A stretch of DNA of 64,000 bases from the human T2T-CHM13v2.0 reference genome, Homo sapiens (GCF_009914755.1 NC_060934.1); one strand, 5' to 3'; counted from the stretch's first letter, positions 1 through 15,294 are shown. Numbers and translations: made by a program. The notes: generated by a model from the letters alone, not told the origin.

Positions 1-668
1 AATGGGGTGGCGGGTATTCTTTGAACAGTGAAGACCCAGTCTCAGGAACAGGACTTTCCAGCGGGAAGCCAGCTCTGGGTCGTCCTTGCTCTTTGCCAGA
101 AGCTGTGGGAACCTGCCCAGCTTTGACCAGTGCTTGTTTTTGGTCACGAAGTCTATGTGAAGGTTCCACTGATTCCCTTGATATTTACACAAAGGCCTAT
201 CCCCTAATAAGGAAGGGAGGAGTTTCTCTGCAGGCTGCTATGACCTATTGGTGGTGGTTCCAAGCCTGATAGGTCTCAAAGTCTCTTGTTTACATTCCCC
301 ATGATACCAGACTGGGTAGGAATGGCTCCCTGAACCTCCCCTACTTCCAGAGACATGGCCTGAGGACACATCTTGAGTTGCTCAGGCCTTGGTTTTCTCC
401 TTTGTAGCTAAGAGCTAGACTTGGTGTCATCCAGACACAGCAAGGGCAAGGGTCAGGCCTCAGGGCCCACATGTGGACCCAGCCATTTCCCAGCCAGGCA
501 GCCACTCCCTCCTAAGGGAATCATCCAATCTTGGCTGCACCAGCTCCTGAGCACAGATCCTGCCTGTGGTCTCCCAACTGGAGGTGACTCAGAGAGCCTG
601 GGTAGCTGACCTTCTTGGGGTGGGGGGTGGCCATTAACACACAATGGGCTTTCTATCCTGGGCCTCAG

Positions 669-754
669 ATCGTTGGTGTCTGCACTGAAGAGCTACACTC
701 AGCCCAGCAGTGGAACGGGCAGGGCATCCTGGAGCTGCTGCGGACAGTGCCTAT
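669..754 (+). CDS. SUFU: SUFU exon 5 (IVGVCTEELHSAQQWNGQGILELLRTVPI)
   Basis: Flanked by ctcag|ATC and AT|gtgagt; 86 nt; translation matches Suppressor of Fused as I recall it. Confidence 0.97.
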
Positions 755-1025
755 GTGAGTACCCATGCAAGGTGGGAGCGCGGCTCCCTGGGCCTGGGGG
801 TGGGAGTCCCTCCACTACCCTCCATGTGGGGCTCCCTCTTGCGTTGTTATTTCAGACCCTGGTTTTTCACATCAGGGCTTCCTGACGACTCACTCCCTGA
901 CAGTCCCTGACCACGAACTATTCCCCTGTGTCCTAGGCCTGGGGCAGCAAACAGGGCAGGCTGTAGGCCCAGCCCATCAGCCCCAGACCCTCAGTTACCA
1001 TTGTATCCCCTTTCCTTGTCCACAG

Positions 1026-1098
1026 TGCTGGCGGCCCCTGGCTGATAACTGACATGCGGAGGGGAGAGACCATATTTGAGATCGATCCACACCTGCAA
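1026..1098 (+). CDS. SUFU: SUFU exon 6 (AGGPWLITDMRRGETIFEIDPHLQ)
   Basis: cacag|T ... CAA|gtatgt; 73 nt; frame continuous with exon 5. Confidence 0.97.
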
Positions 1099-1756
1099 GT
1101 ATGTCTTGAGTGAGGAAAACCTTTCTAGCACCCTGTGCCTAGGCCTCTTCCAAATAACACTGGCTTTCATCCTGGGAAAACAGAGGACCTTTATGTGTGA
1201 GTGAGTAGAAATATGGCATCACTTGGAACTTGTCCCCTGAATTCTGCAGAGCACGTAGGGAGCAGAGGTTTCAGCCCAGGAAAGCTAGTCCTCAGACATA
1301 TGTATTTTGGCATTTTAAAAGGATATTTTTATTGTATGTAAATTATATATTGGCTTAAAAAATTAGATTGCCAGCAATAAAAGATAAGTGTAGTGGATAT
1401 TGCTTGCTTGCCCAGTATTCATTCTCCTGCCTCCCAGACTTTCTTTTAGGGAGCCACCACGGCCACCACCGCCCTGTACCAGACAGTAGTGTAGGTGATA
1501 CTGACTCCATGGCTCAGCTGCAGGAGTGAGGGCTGATTGGTCTAATGGTCCTATCCCCATTTTCGCCACATTTTCTATCTTGGACAGTCAGATGCAGAGC
1601 TCCTAGCCTGGAAAGATTGGCACCTTAGACACACAGGCTGGCAGCTGCCCACTCCCTGTGGCCCACCTGGACATTGTTTCAGTGTCATCTTTGCTGTTTT
1701 AGAAGCATTCCTTTGTCATGCAGGTAAAGTTTGAAAGCCACAAGAACGTAACTGCC

Positions 1757-2050
<294 letters not shown>

Positions 2051-4175
2051 CCCATAACTGCCTTTCTTATGGGCTTCTCTTGAAGCAGGAGCCACAGACA
2101 GCTAATAATGTTACCTGCCTGGTGTCTGGCTCCTTCTACTCCCCTGACCAAATGCAGGTCATTGCCATCTCTAAACCTGCCATGCTTCTGTAAAATATCT
2201 GGTAGGCCACAGGCAGTTGCCGGGAGTTCCATGTGTTAGAGCAAGAGAAAGGTGGCAGATGGACATGTAGCCAGCAGCCCCTGAGTTCTTCACTGTAGAC
2301 TTGTGAGTTCTTGGGCATAAATCCTCTTCATTCACAGATGATGCTCCTCTGTTTTCCTAGTGCCTTTAACACTGAACATTTCAAACTGCTGCCAGGATCC
2401 TCTGTTCTCTCTGCTTTAAACTTGGTTTCCTTGTATCTTCTGCATATGCAAGAACCAGGAACCAGGAAGGCTATCTTTCCCTAAGCCCTTGTTCTGTAGC
2501 CACACTGGGATCCAGCATGGGGCACTGTGGGCCGTTGTTTGGCCCCTGTCGTAAGTGCCAAGTACTAAGAAAGAACCTGGTCCTTTGCACTAGTAGGGTA
2601 AACAGCTGTCCTTCCATGCCAAGGGCTGTTCTCCTTCCTAGTCTGCAGGATCCCCTGAGAGCAGCCCACAGGACCCGGAGCACCTAGTGGTCTTTGAAAG
2701 CAAGCCAGGGTCCCACAGGAAGAAAGGACAGCTTTCTTTCCTGGTGGCTCTGTGCACCAAGTGTGAACTCCTCTGTATTCACTGTGCCTTTCTGGGGCCT
2801 GCTTGCTATCAGTCTCTTTAGAGCTGGCATATATTCCTGTGATTCAAGCTCTACACTAACCAGCTGTGTGCCCAAATAAGTCCCTCGCCTTCTGGGTCTT
2901 AACTTTTTCTTTTTACTTATAAAGTAAATAGCCCAGACAAGTTGAGCCAAGAATTGTCTGTCTGCAACTCTTTACCTAAGTGAGGGACCCCAGGGCAGCC
3001 AGTGCAGAGGAAAAAGCTCAGACTATCCCCTGAGCACACCAGGGTATACATGCTCCCTGCCCAGAGTACACAGAGCGCTTCCCTGCTTAGCCTCTTCCTG
3101 CTCGGAACCCACAGCTTTGCCCAGGCCAGCATTAGCACTTGAAAGGAGGAGATGACTGATGGGAAGGAGGCGTCTGGGGCAGAGCCACTTGCTGACTGGT
3201 CCCAGGAAATAAGGACAGTACCTGTACTTCTCCCACATGGGGCTTCTGGGCTGATCAGCAGGCCAGTGTGGTACCTGTGGAGCCGGGAAGCACAGATTAT
3301 TGTTGAGATGCTCAGTCACAAGCTTGATTTGGCCCACATGGACATAGAGCCTTCCAGATGACTTTTAATTCAAGGTCCAGCATCAATGAACTGTGTTTTA
3401 CCAGAAAATCCAGGGATGTTTTGAGTACAACTCTTCCTTGAAGCCATTTGGAGAGTGTTTGTACTCAGCAGTACCAAGGCCTGCACAAAGGCAGGGTCTC
3501 GATGGGGAGAGAAGGGTGTCTGCAGATAGTCACTGCACTCTAGGCCCCCATTTCAGTCTAAGAAATGGGAAGGAATCTCCATCCAGAGTCCTTTGCTAAA
3601 CAAGGGAACCAATGCATCTAGGGAAGTCCAGCCTTTGTTCTCCAGTGGCTCTTCCCTGTGTGACCACACCCTCTAGCTGTTAGAAGGGGAAACTGCAGGT
3701 GTGGCCTGTTGCCTGTGGCAGGCTTCCACCCTGTTTTCTATAGCAGTGACTGGGAGGTTCTGCCTGAAGATCGGGAGGAGAGGAAGGATCACACCTCTCC
3801 TCAGAGAAGTAGGCTCTCTCATGGCCACATCAGCCCCACCAGCCAGCGTGGCGGGGACAGGTTTGGGGCTCTGAAACAGGTAGAGGCCATTGTGCTGGAA
3901 GGCTGATGGTAGAAGAGATGTTTCCCTTGGGATTTGCATTCCTCCTGGCTTCCCCTAATCCCTGGTTCCCCTGGAGGAGTCCAGGAGCTGGCAGAGACCA
4001 TCATGCATTGGTAACCAGGGCAGAACAAGGTCAGAGATCCTGCTCTCCAGCATTTGTCCCATGCTCAGCACCACAAGGGCTCAGTAAATACTGTAAGAGC
4101 GGTGGCTGAAAGGGTGGTCACCTTGGGTCACCAGTTCTCTGAAAGAACTCTGGCTCTTTGGTTCTTTTCAAGCAG

Positions 4176-4329
4176 GAGAGAGTTGACAAAGGCATCGAGA
4201 CAGATGGCTCCAACCTGAGTGGTGTCAGTGCCAAGTGTGCCTGGGATGACCTGAGCCGGCCCCCCGAGGATGACGAGGACAGCCGGAGCATCTGCATCGG
4301 CACACAGCCCCGGCGACTCTCTGGCAAAG
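4176..4329 (+). CDS. SUFU: SUFU exon 7 (ERVDKGIETDGSNLSGVSAKCAWDDLSRPPEDDEDSRSICIGTQPRRLSGK)
   Basis: aagcag|GAG ... AAAG|gtggga; 154 nt; also within ORF 4158..4460. Confidence 0.97.
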
Positions 4330-5190
4330 GTGGGAGCCATCACTCAGCATTCCACCAGCCTTCCTCCTTCCTTTTCCCCAGGGCCTGGTTTCCAGTCTCT
4401 CTAGGATGGGTCTCTAACAAAAACAACCCATTCAATAGTTTATTTCCTGGCATGATTTAAACAGCAAGTGAAGTCTTCCAGCAGGGCGGAATTAAGGGAG
4501 CTTTATTGGCCCATTCCTAGTTGTGTTTCCTGTGTGTATTTCAAATGCATCACCAGCAGGCACCGTTGTGTTTTAGATATGCCCTTTGCAATCTGAGGTC
4601 ATGGAGGTGAGTGGAAGCCTCAGAACAGTTACAGGAAAAGTCCATAGTCCACCCAAGTGCAAGAGAAAAGTGTCGGCCACCCACGGAATTGACACAGGGC
4701 CCAGCTCTGGCCTGAAGGCCATGCCAGATCCAAGGATCACTCTGGCCTCGGGCCCTCCCAGGCCTTCAACAAATGAGGCCTGAGTGTGAGGCTGGCTTGC
4801 AAATTGCCCACCTCCTGTCATATAGATACAGGGTTAGGGGCTGTGGGCAGGGCCTCTGGACCCACCGTGTTCCGGATGGGGTCTTTGGGAAGGAGGATGT
4901 GGCTGTCCTGTTGGAATCTCCCTGTGCTGATCTTGGCTACAGAAACAGTTGTGGTTTTTAGTAGAGGGCGTCCCCAGCTAACTGCAAAGGAGAAGCAGCC
5001 ACTTACATATACATGTGTTGACAGCTTCTTTGTCTACTTCCTTTCTTCATTCTTCCATCTTTTCTTTTTTTGAAGAATAAGATGTCTACAGCCCTGAATA
5101 AAATCCTTACATATATGATAACACTTATAAAAGGTTTTTGTTCGTTCTGTAAAGGACAAACTTAAACTCCTAGTGCAAATATTTGAGCCC

Positions 5191-5491
5191 TTTCTTTTTT
5201 TTTTTCTTTGAAACAGGGGTCTCTGTTGCCCAGGCTGGAGTACAGTGGGTTGATCTTGGCTCACTGCAACCTCTGCTTCCCAGGCTGAAGTGATTCTCCA
5301 GCCTCAGCATCCCAAGTAGCTGGGACTACAGGCGTGAGCCACCAACGCCCAGCTAATTTTTGTATTTTTTTGTAGAGTCAGGGCTTCGCTGTGTTGCCCA
5401 CGCTGGTCTTAAACTCCTGAGCTCAAAACAATCCACCCGCCTCAGCCTCCCGAAGTGCTGGGATTACAGATGTGAGCCACCGCACCCGGCC
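5191..5491 (-). mobile_element. Alu (AluJ-like)
   Basis: Reverse Alu; TSD agccctttcttt. Confidence 0.92.
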
Positions 5492-6468
5492 AAGCCCTTT
5501 CTTTCCTTCCTGTTTGTTCTAATGGCATGCCAAGCCTATTGGAGGCTCAAAGAGAGGGTATACAGTTATTGGAATCATTTGGTTGCTTTTGACAAAAGAG
5601 GTGATTTAAAGAGGGAGTCATAGTCTTGTCTAAAATTTCAGTCATTACTGGCTATTTTTAAAAATTGTAAAAGTAATCCATTCCACTGTAACAAGTCAAA
5701 TAGTTAGAAAAGTTAGTAATCATCTCCTTCCCACTCTAAGGCCACTCTTTGAACAACTAATTTTAATTTGCTTTTTTGTATCTGTTTACAGTTTGCAGAG
5801 GTAAATTTAGATCCAAATCTCAATACAGGGGACCAGACTAGTAAGCTTCATCCCAAAGACCAGCAAAGCACCTTACAAAGAAATAATCCCACCAAGGGAA
5901 CTCTTTCACTTCCTGGCCCTTGCCTCTCCATGGAGAGGCAGAGTTTCCTGGGATAGACCAAGGTGGAGAGATGATCTTAGCATCTCACTGACTTGAATGC
6001 AAGGGGAAGGAGTGGCGGGACCAGATGCTAGTTGACTACCCAGAACCCAGAAAGGTGTGTTAGAGGCACCTGCCCATTCATGGCAGGGTGCTTGCAGCCT
6101 TAACTCACATCCATTTCAGTGGGCAGAATCCCCAGTAGTCAGTCACTGTGTGGAGCCATGTTAAGGGTAAACCTCGGGCCTGTGACACAGGAAAGAAAAG
6201 GATGGTGGAGAGCGCTCTTCTGAACTCTAGAGGCTGCCCCTGGCTTCTACAAGAATGGTACTCTTCCAACCCAGAGCTTCTTAAGAGCGCGGTTGTCCCC
6301 TCGCAATCTGTACTCACTCAGCGCTTACATCTGGATGCGTAGAGTGGGCTCAGGACTGGCCAGCGTGGTAGTTTTTCTTAGCACCTCTGCTGAGCCAGGT
6401 TTCAAGAGCGGGGTGAGAATTGCTGGGAGCCCACTGGGCCACTGGGCAACTTAGTGGTGTCGTTGCAG

Positions 6469-6580
6469 ACACAGAGCAGATCCGGGAGACCCTGAGGAGA
6501 GGACTCGAGATCAACAGCAAACCTGTCCTTCCACCAATCAACCCTCAGCGGCAGAATGGCCTCGCCCACGACCGGGCCCC
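6469..6580 (+). CDS. SUFU: SUFU exon 8 (DTEQIRETLRRGLEINSKPVLPPINPQRQNGLAHDRAP), disordered linker
   Basis: ttgcag|AC ... CC|gtaagt; 112 nt; frame continuous. Confidence 0.97.
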
Positions 6581-9500
6581 GTAAGTTCCCCAGTGTCCCT
6601 GGGCTGGAACAAGAGGACGACTTTTTTCTGAAGGGCCTGTCCCTGTGGATTGCATGAGAGAGAACAATGCACATAGCCCTTGCTGGATGGGCCCAGGATC
6701 TCTAGGCTTAAGGGCAGGCATGGTCTGGGGCACACAGATCTATCTGTGGGTCATAGGAGAGGGCCTCAGAGGGGACCCAGCAGACCGTGAATATTAACAT
6801 CAGTAAATATTTACATGAGCCGTGTGAACAGACAGGAGGCCAGGTTGGGGAGAAATCTGACTTGGGGCCTCCCAGCCTTGTGGGAGCCCATTGTGCTGAG
6901 CACGGTTCCCTCCTTATCTCAGTCTTGGCCAGAGTTGCCCTTCCTTCCTTCCTGGAGCCTGGTCTCCGGCTGATAGCTGCAACCCTGGGGGCCTCCCTCT
7001 CTGGCCAGCCCCATACTGGATGCCTGTGGCTGAGGCCCTTCTTCCTGCCTCTCTTCCCTGGGGCCCAGGGAAGGGAAAGGAAGTCTTTTGCAGGCCTCTG
7101 CTGCCTGTCCAGGGGCCCCTGTAGCCCTCCGGAGAGACTGTGGCCACCCTAGAGGTCAGATCCGCTTCCTGCCAACCTCTCTTCCTCTGATAGAGGGGAT
7201 GAGTGATAGGCAGGGCTGAAGCTGGGCACCCCCCTCTGCCCTTAGTCCCAGGGCAGCTCTAGGGAATAGCTGCTGGCAGGAGATACCTGGGGGCTGGCAG
7301 CCCAAAGCAGGAACCTTGCCTGCCAGGGAGGAAATTGCTGTGCCTTGGGCTGAAAGGGAGGTTGATCATCCTGCAAGACCAGGGTGATCTAGCCTTCTTC
7401 TATGAAGTCTTTATTACACATTTGCTGTCTGACAAGCTCGGACCTAGGGGGCCATCTGGGGTGCACAGGCTCTTCCTTTGGGAGAACATGAGTGAAACAG
7501 TTACCTTTTAATGGTGTGCATCTGGCTGTCGATGTGATTTGTTGGAAATGGCTGCTTCTCTGGATTCTAGCTCTAGTTGCTGATCGTGTTTCCCAGAAGT
7601 AGTAATGCTTCAGTGCACTACAGAAAAGACAGGTCCACAGGATCTGGGGTAGTTAGGGAGGGCATCTTGGAGGAGGAAGAACATAGCATCGACCTTGAGG
7701 GCGCCTTAGAATTTTAATAAGCAGGGGAAGGAACTCAAGAGGATAGCACAGGGGAGGCCTGGCTGGTTAAAGTTGAGGCTGCCTGCTGGGACCTGACTGG
7801 AACTAGAGTTACTCTGGGAACAGGGCTGTACTGAGAGTTGAGCTCTTTGGCAAAAGCCTGGAGAAGCCTCCACCGCCACCTCAGAGCAGCTTTTAACTCC
7901 GGCCTGTAGGTTTCTCCAGCCAGCTGCCCTGAAGTAGCTGGCTGGAGGCATCCTGATCATCCCCTGGCAGCAGCAGATGGCCACACCAGGTCATACGACA
8001 TATGGAAGCTCTCTACCTGTGAGTCTGGACCCTGTCCCGGGTCTACACTCCTTCCCATTCCCTGAGCTTGGCTTCTCGCTTTGGGCCTCCTTGGCACTGT
8101 TGGCAGGCCAGAGGTACTGGAAGGCCTATAACATGGACACAGTCTCAGTCCAGATGGCTCTCTGCCTCTGGAAGCCTGGGGTTTCTAGGCAGAAGGGCAC
8201 AAGCTCCTGCAGAGATACAACCTTCTTGCCCCGCTTGTGTATCTGGAACAGGCCTGAGATCTCACTCCCTGGCTTGGGGGCACTTCCAGCTACTGCACCC
8301 CTGGACATTGCAATGGGGCACAAGGCTCTGTGCTCCTAGATATACACATAAGCCGAGACTCTCAGCCTACACCCTAACTGGGCAGTCGGGTATTGGTTCT
8401 GGCCCAAGGGTTCTCTGTAAACATAAGGCAGAGAGGCTGCAGCTTCTACCCTTTGGCTTGAGTTGGCTGAGATACAGAGAGATGGGTGAGAATAGATTCG
8501 AGGTGCCGGGGTTGTCTCCCCTTCCTGAAGGTTTAGTGCCCAGTAAGGTCTCTAAAGCACCAGGACCTGTAGTCTGAGGGGAATAGAATGTTTCCTCTGA
8601 GGCTGTCAGTATTGGTTACCAATTTGTTAGCAATTGGTTGAGAAATGGTTTCTCCTCCTCCTTTGCCAAGAACATTCTCCAACACACCCCTCAAGCCTGT
8701 CAGACTCAAGTTTCCTGTTATCTCAGGATCGATGATGATGGACTCAGTTCAGATCAGTGAGCGTGACGGTAATATCTGTGCTGCCCACTCTGGGACCTGA
8801 CCCCATTTCACATACACCACATGGATTGCAACTGAGAAAGCTGACCCAAAATGTGCTGGCACCAGTGTTTGCTCCTCTCCCTGTTGGGGGGCAGCCAGCG
8901 TGGGCCATATTTTGTCTGCGGGTCTGATTTCCCCTTAGTCAGGACTTCTGGGCCAGGGAGCTCTTATGCATGGGTCTTCGCGGGTTTGTCTGTGGTCTAA
9001 GGAAGATACAGAGCTAAATCAGAGGCTCAGAGCAGCTGATCAAGCCTGGGCAATAGCAGCCGGGTGCCGGCCTACTTGGGGGTGTCAAGCACTTGCTCTT
9101 TTCACACTTCAGCAGCAGCTAAAACCTTATTAGTGCTCATTCTGTGCTAGGTAATGTGCCAGCTACTATGTGCTGCCATTCATTTATCTTATCCTCATAG
9201 CCATCCTGTGGTCGATAATCTTACATATTCCCCTTTAATGGATGAGGTACAGAGAGGCTAATAAGTATCTTTTCCAAGGTTGGAAAGGGGTAGAGCTTAG
9301 TTACAGCCATCTATCAGCCATTAAAATGGATGTAATCTTCCTTACCCCATTCTCAGGGACCCCATGGGGGACACATCAGACTGTGTCTCTGAGAAAATAA
9401 TGACCTTTACTGGTAGAATTCATCTAACTAGTTGCAGCATGAATCAGGACCTCTCACATGGCACCAAGGACAAGGCCAAAGCCTCATATTAGAAGCTTAT

Positions 9501-10189
9501 TGGGCTTATTTAACTAAACTCTAGGGGAGTTAAATAACTCCTATGAGATGCCATGAGCCTTGATGATTCCAAATCCCAGAAATAACAAGCTATGTCATAA
9601 TTGGCTCATTTATACCAAAATTATTTTGTGACACAAGGCCTTACTTTCTTCATGTGCAGAAACTAAAACAACCCTCTCTCTGGTCCCTCTACCACCTCAG
9701 GGCTAGGGGATTTCTTTCCATTTTGAGGGTCTATTTCTTCCTTTCCAGAAAGGCAGGCCCCCTGGGTAACCCGCTCCTCTCCTACTCTTCATTGCCAGCC
9801 CTCCTCCCACTGCCTTCCCGGAAGGAGAGTCCTTGGCCCTCTTTGGGGCTTCTTCAGCATTTCACAACCCTTGCATTCCAGCCATGAAATCTGTATCTGG
9901 CTTTTCCCAAGATGATCAGTTGAGAAAAGCCTCCTTCAGCTTGCTGGCGCCTCCCTTCCCACTGCCTGCTCGGGTGAGTTTGGGAAGGATGGGAAGCAGT
10001 TCCTTTGTGCCACATGAGGACAGCCTGGCTTAAAGACTGTGCCTGCCAATATCTGTAGAGATTTGAGGAGGGAAAAGTTCCTGGGCATCCTCTCTGTCTG
10101 AGGTCACCTGGTCAGACATGGTCTACGGAGTCTGGTCTCTCTACAGTGCACAGAAGATACGTGTGGTCAGGTGAATTGTGTGTAGAGGT

Positions 10190-10372
<183 letters not shown>

Positions 10373-11956
10373 TAAACTGTTGCTCAGATGCTGGGAACCT
10401 GCACCAGTATTCTAGGGCCACCTCCTCCCTCAGCCAGTGACTTACCACCTGAGGCTGGGAACTCTTAGGAAGCTCTCTGAGTTGTGTGCCCTCCCAGAGA
10501 GGGACAGGGCACATGCAGGTGTGCACACTTATGTTAGAGGGGAAAAGTTCCTGACTATGGGAGAAGCACTTTGTAGTTGAGGCACCTCTAAAAAGCGAAC
10601 TCACCATCACTGCTGAGTTTCTCAGTCTTCTAGAATCACACCAGCAGCTTTTAAGACCTTTAAAAAATTTTTTTTGCCTTAATTTCATGGAGAATTAAGA
10701 TTCTGTACCATGAATTCCTCTGCTGTAACATTCACATTTGCAACACCTCCCCAACATACACACACACACATATACATAGATTTCTCTCTACTCTTAGGAG
10801 TGTCTCTGCACTTGTCTGTTTGGCCTTTGATTGGGGTGACTTTGCTGCCTCTAATTCCCATCTTGAATACCTTGTAACCTGGCCAGGGAGTCATCCTTTA
10901 GAGAAAATTGTGTTTTGTTTTGCTCAGCTTGTGAGGTCCATGAAGATTAATTAGAGGAAGAAAATATCTTGTTTGCATCCAACCTACCAGTGAATTGGGG
11001 TGAAGGAAGGTGAGTTTCCATCTGGGGAAACAGCTGGGCTGTGGCTGGTGCCGCTCGCACGAAGGGCAGTGTTGGGTAACCCTGCTTCAAGGGGTCTCTC
11101 CTGTCAGCGCAGTGGCCAGCCTGGAGCCCTCTCTGTCACGTTGGCTTCCCTCACACTCCCACGCTGGGGAAGTACAGTTGCTTGCACTGGAAAGAAAGCC
11201 CAGAAAGAAACAGCCCTTCTCTTAGGGCCCCAGCCAGACTCTGCAGGGCTGATGAGAGGAACAGCCCAGGCCTCTCTGCTCCCTGCGTCCTGGACAGCAG
11301 GCTCCTTTTTGCCTCCCTCACTGTGATCCATGTTGTCATGCCAAGTGCCTTTACAGGCCTTTCTCAGAAATACATATTTGAAAGGGCAGAGCAAGGGGCT
11401 CCACAGCAAGTCTGGCATGGGTAAATTTCTGTTTTAACTCCGTTCTTTGCTCCGCTTCCCCAAAGAGATGAAGTCACGGCCATTGTTAACACCTCAACTT
11501 CAGAATTCCTTGCTGGTGCTTGAATTCTCAGTCCAAACGCTGCATCCCCCTCCCTCGAGTTGCACAATCAGGGGTATTTTTATCGCCCATCCTTGATCCT
11601 CGGTGTCACCCAACACTTCAGCAGTGAGTCACTTCTCCAGGGAAGGGAAAAGGAAGGCTCAAAGGTAAGAGCTAGAGAAAGGAAATGACTCAGTGTCTCA
11701 GAAAAAGGAAAGCTGGGGTTCTGGCTAGAGTAAGCTCATTCAGGAGAGTAGGGGTCCTAATCTCCCACCCAAGTCAGAGGGTAGGGCTGGGGATGGCGGC
11801 CCCTGGTGCCCAGAGGAGTTAATAGTTGACTAGGAAATCCCCTAACCTTGATGCAGATTTTACTCACCCTGACTTCTTTAGCCATACTCTGTCCCACCAT
11901 TTCATGATTTCATGATCACATTTTACCTTTGGGATATTCCCGATGAAAATATTGCC

Positions 11957-12250
11957 TTTTTTTTTTTTTTTTTTTTTTAACACGAGGTGAAGTCTCACTC
12001 TGTCACCTAGACTGGAGTGCAGTGGCACAATCTCGGCTTACTGCAACCCCTGCCTCCTGTGTTCAAGCGATTCTCCTGAGTAGCTGGGATTATAAGCACA
12101 CACCACCACGTCCAGCTAATTTTTGTATTTTTAGTACAGATGGGTTTTCACCATGTTGGTCAGGCTGGTCTCGAACTCCTGACCTTATGATCTGCCCGCC
12201 TCAGCCTCCCAAAGTGCTGGGATTACAGGCATGAGCCACTGTGCCCTGCC
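11957..12250 (-). mobile_element. Alu
   Basis: Poly-T followed by reverse Alu consensus. Confidence 0.93.
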
Positions 12251-12266
12251 AAATATTGCATTTTTA

Positions 12267-12582
<316 letters not shown>

Positions 12583-14092
12583 TCACCTTTTGTGGCCTTT
12601 TACTCCTATATTGTCCTTATAAGAAAATTTGTCAGAATAACCAGGTTATACAGCCTTGTGCTTAATAAGAACTTCAGAGGTGAGCTGGTCCCCTCTCCCT
12701 CGATCCCACAGCCACACCCTTTTCCAGTTCTGCCTTAAAGGGAGACCTGCAGGTGGTTCTTTCTCTGAAAGTTCAGAGCTTTCGTCAGCAATCAGAAAGC
12801 AAAAGGAAGAATCTCCCAGGCAAGGGGCAGAAGCCAGAGGTTGGGCTGGGCTCAGCAGGCCAAATCCACTTCACTTGTGAATAGTTGCCAAGCTTGATGC
12901 CCTGGTTCCTGTTCCTGGGCATCCCCAAGGAGAAGGCCCCAAGTCGTGTGTCCACTGCAGACGTCATGACTCACAGGACTGGGATTGTGGCTAAAAGGAG
13001 TCTCAATGGTTCAGCTCCTCTCCTTTCCACCCATGCTGCCACTGACTGAATGGGACCAATGCCCTTTAGGCGAATGTGAAAAATTAAGACTTTTCCGTTC
13101 AGAGAGACCAGGGTGGAGGGGAAGCATGGTTGAGACTCTGTTGGTCTGTTATGTGTAGGTAGGGTGATCAAGGCATGTACTATGAACTGTACACTGCTAG
13201 AAATCAGGAATCTACCTTGACACTGGAAGGAGAGGGTATATTAGGATCTATAAAAAGTCACCTTATGCAGTGAGAAATACAAGTATAGAATGTGTTATAT
13301 AGACAGGTGGTTAAAGATGAAATAGATCAGTTTAGATCAATTGCACCTCTAAGCCATCCCATAAACCACCCCTTGGTGTGGTGCTCTCAATATAGAAGGA
13401 ATCCTGGGCTGGTCCTCGCGGCTGAGTGGGCAGTTTTTATTGCGCATCACCTTGTGCCAGGCCTTGCGTCGTGGGATGCCCTTGTTCCTGTCTTGTGACT
13501 TAGAACACTGAGACTTAGCCAGGTTGTAGAACTTATCTAGCATCAGACTGCAGGGATTAAGTGTCAGCCAGGATTTGAACCTGAGTGGTGTGACTCTAGA
13601 TCTGAGCCTCTTCACTGAGTATTGCCTGTAAAAGAGGATAAAGGTGGAGGGATACATGCCAGTTCACCAGAAAACATAACTGGAAACAGGGTCTTTGATG
13701 CCTGCATGCCGGTGCACAGAGGAAAGCTGGTATTTTAGTTTGCCTGGAAACCCCTGAAGGTGGCAGTTCAGGAGAGACCATTTAGCTGAGAGAGGCATAC
13801 TAAAAAAATAAAGTGAAATCAGCTAGAGGATACACTCCATCCAAATCTAAGTGAGGAAGACATATGGGGGTAGGAAATGGATTCAACATGAGAAAGAGAC
13901 AAGGAGAATCCGGGGTGAATGGGAGAGTGATCCCAGATGACAACGGTATAGCAGGAATGAAAGGCAGCCAACTCAGGTGGGAGCGGGTTGGAAGGATCCT
14001 CTGGAGAAATGTCTCCAAGAAAATAAAATTGATAAATACCTGATGTATTTGAATGTCCTGGGAGGAGGATGTGTGGACCATTGGTAAGAGTA

Positions 14093-14381
14093 ATTTTTTT
14101 TTTTTTTTTGAGACGGCGTCTGACTCTGTCGCCTTGGCTGGAGTGCAGTGGTGTGATCTCAACCTCTGCCTCCTGAGCTCAAGTGATCTTCCCTCCTCAG
14201 CCTCCTGAGTATCTGGTACCACAGGCACATGCCACCATGCCTGGCTAATTTTTTGTACTTTTGGTAGAGGTGGGGTTTTACTGCGTTGCCCAGGCTGGCC
14301 TTGAACTCCTGAGCTCAATCGATTTTCCCACCCGGCCTCCCAAAGTGCTGGGATTACGGGCATGAGCCGCCACGCCCAGCC
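14093..14381 (-). mobile_element. Alu (AluJ-like)
   Basis: Reverse Alu consensus. Confidence 0.92.
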
Positions 14382-14636
14382 AATAATAGTAATTCTGATT
14401 TAATTGGTGATAAGCACATAGAAAACTAAGACAGGTATTAAATCCAAGGAAAATAGAAAATTATGACAGAAAGGAAAAGTATATTAATATAATACATGGC
14501 TCAACTGTAAACAGCATTGATATAGTCATAAAATTTAAACACACCAGTCCACACAAACTGATGGTGCAGTTATCCTGAAAAGGTGGGAAGGTGCATGGAA
14601 GAGAGCTAAAAGCTCATCTTCCCTAGTGGGGAGTCA

Positions 14637-15294
<658 letters not shown>

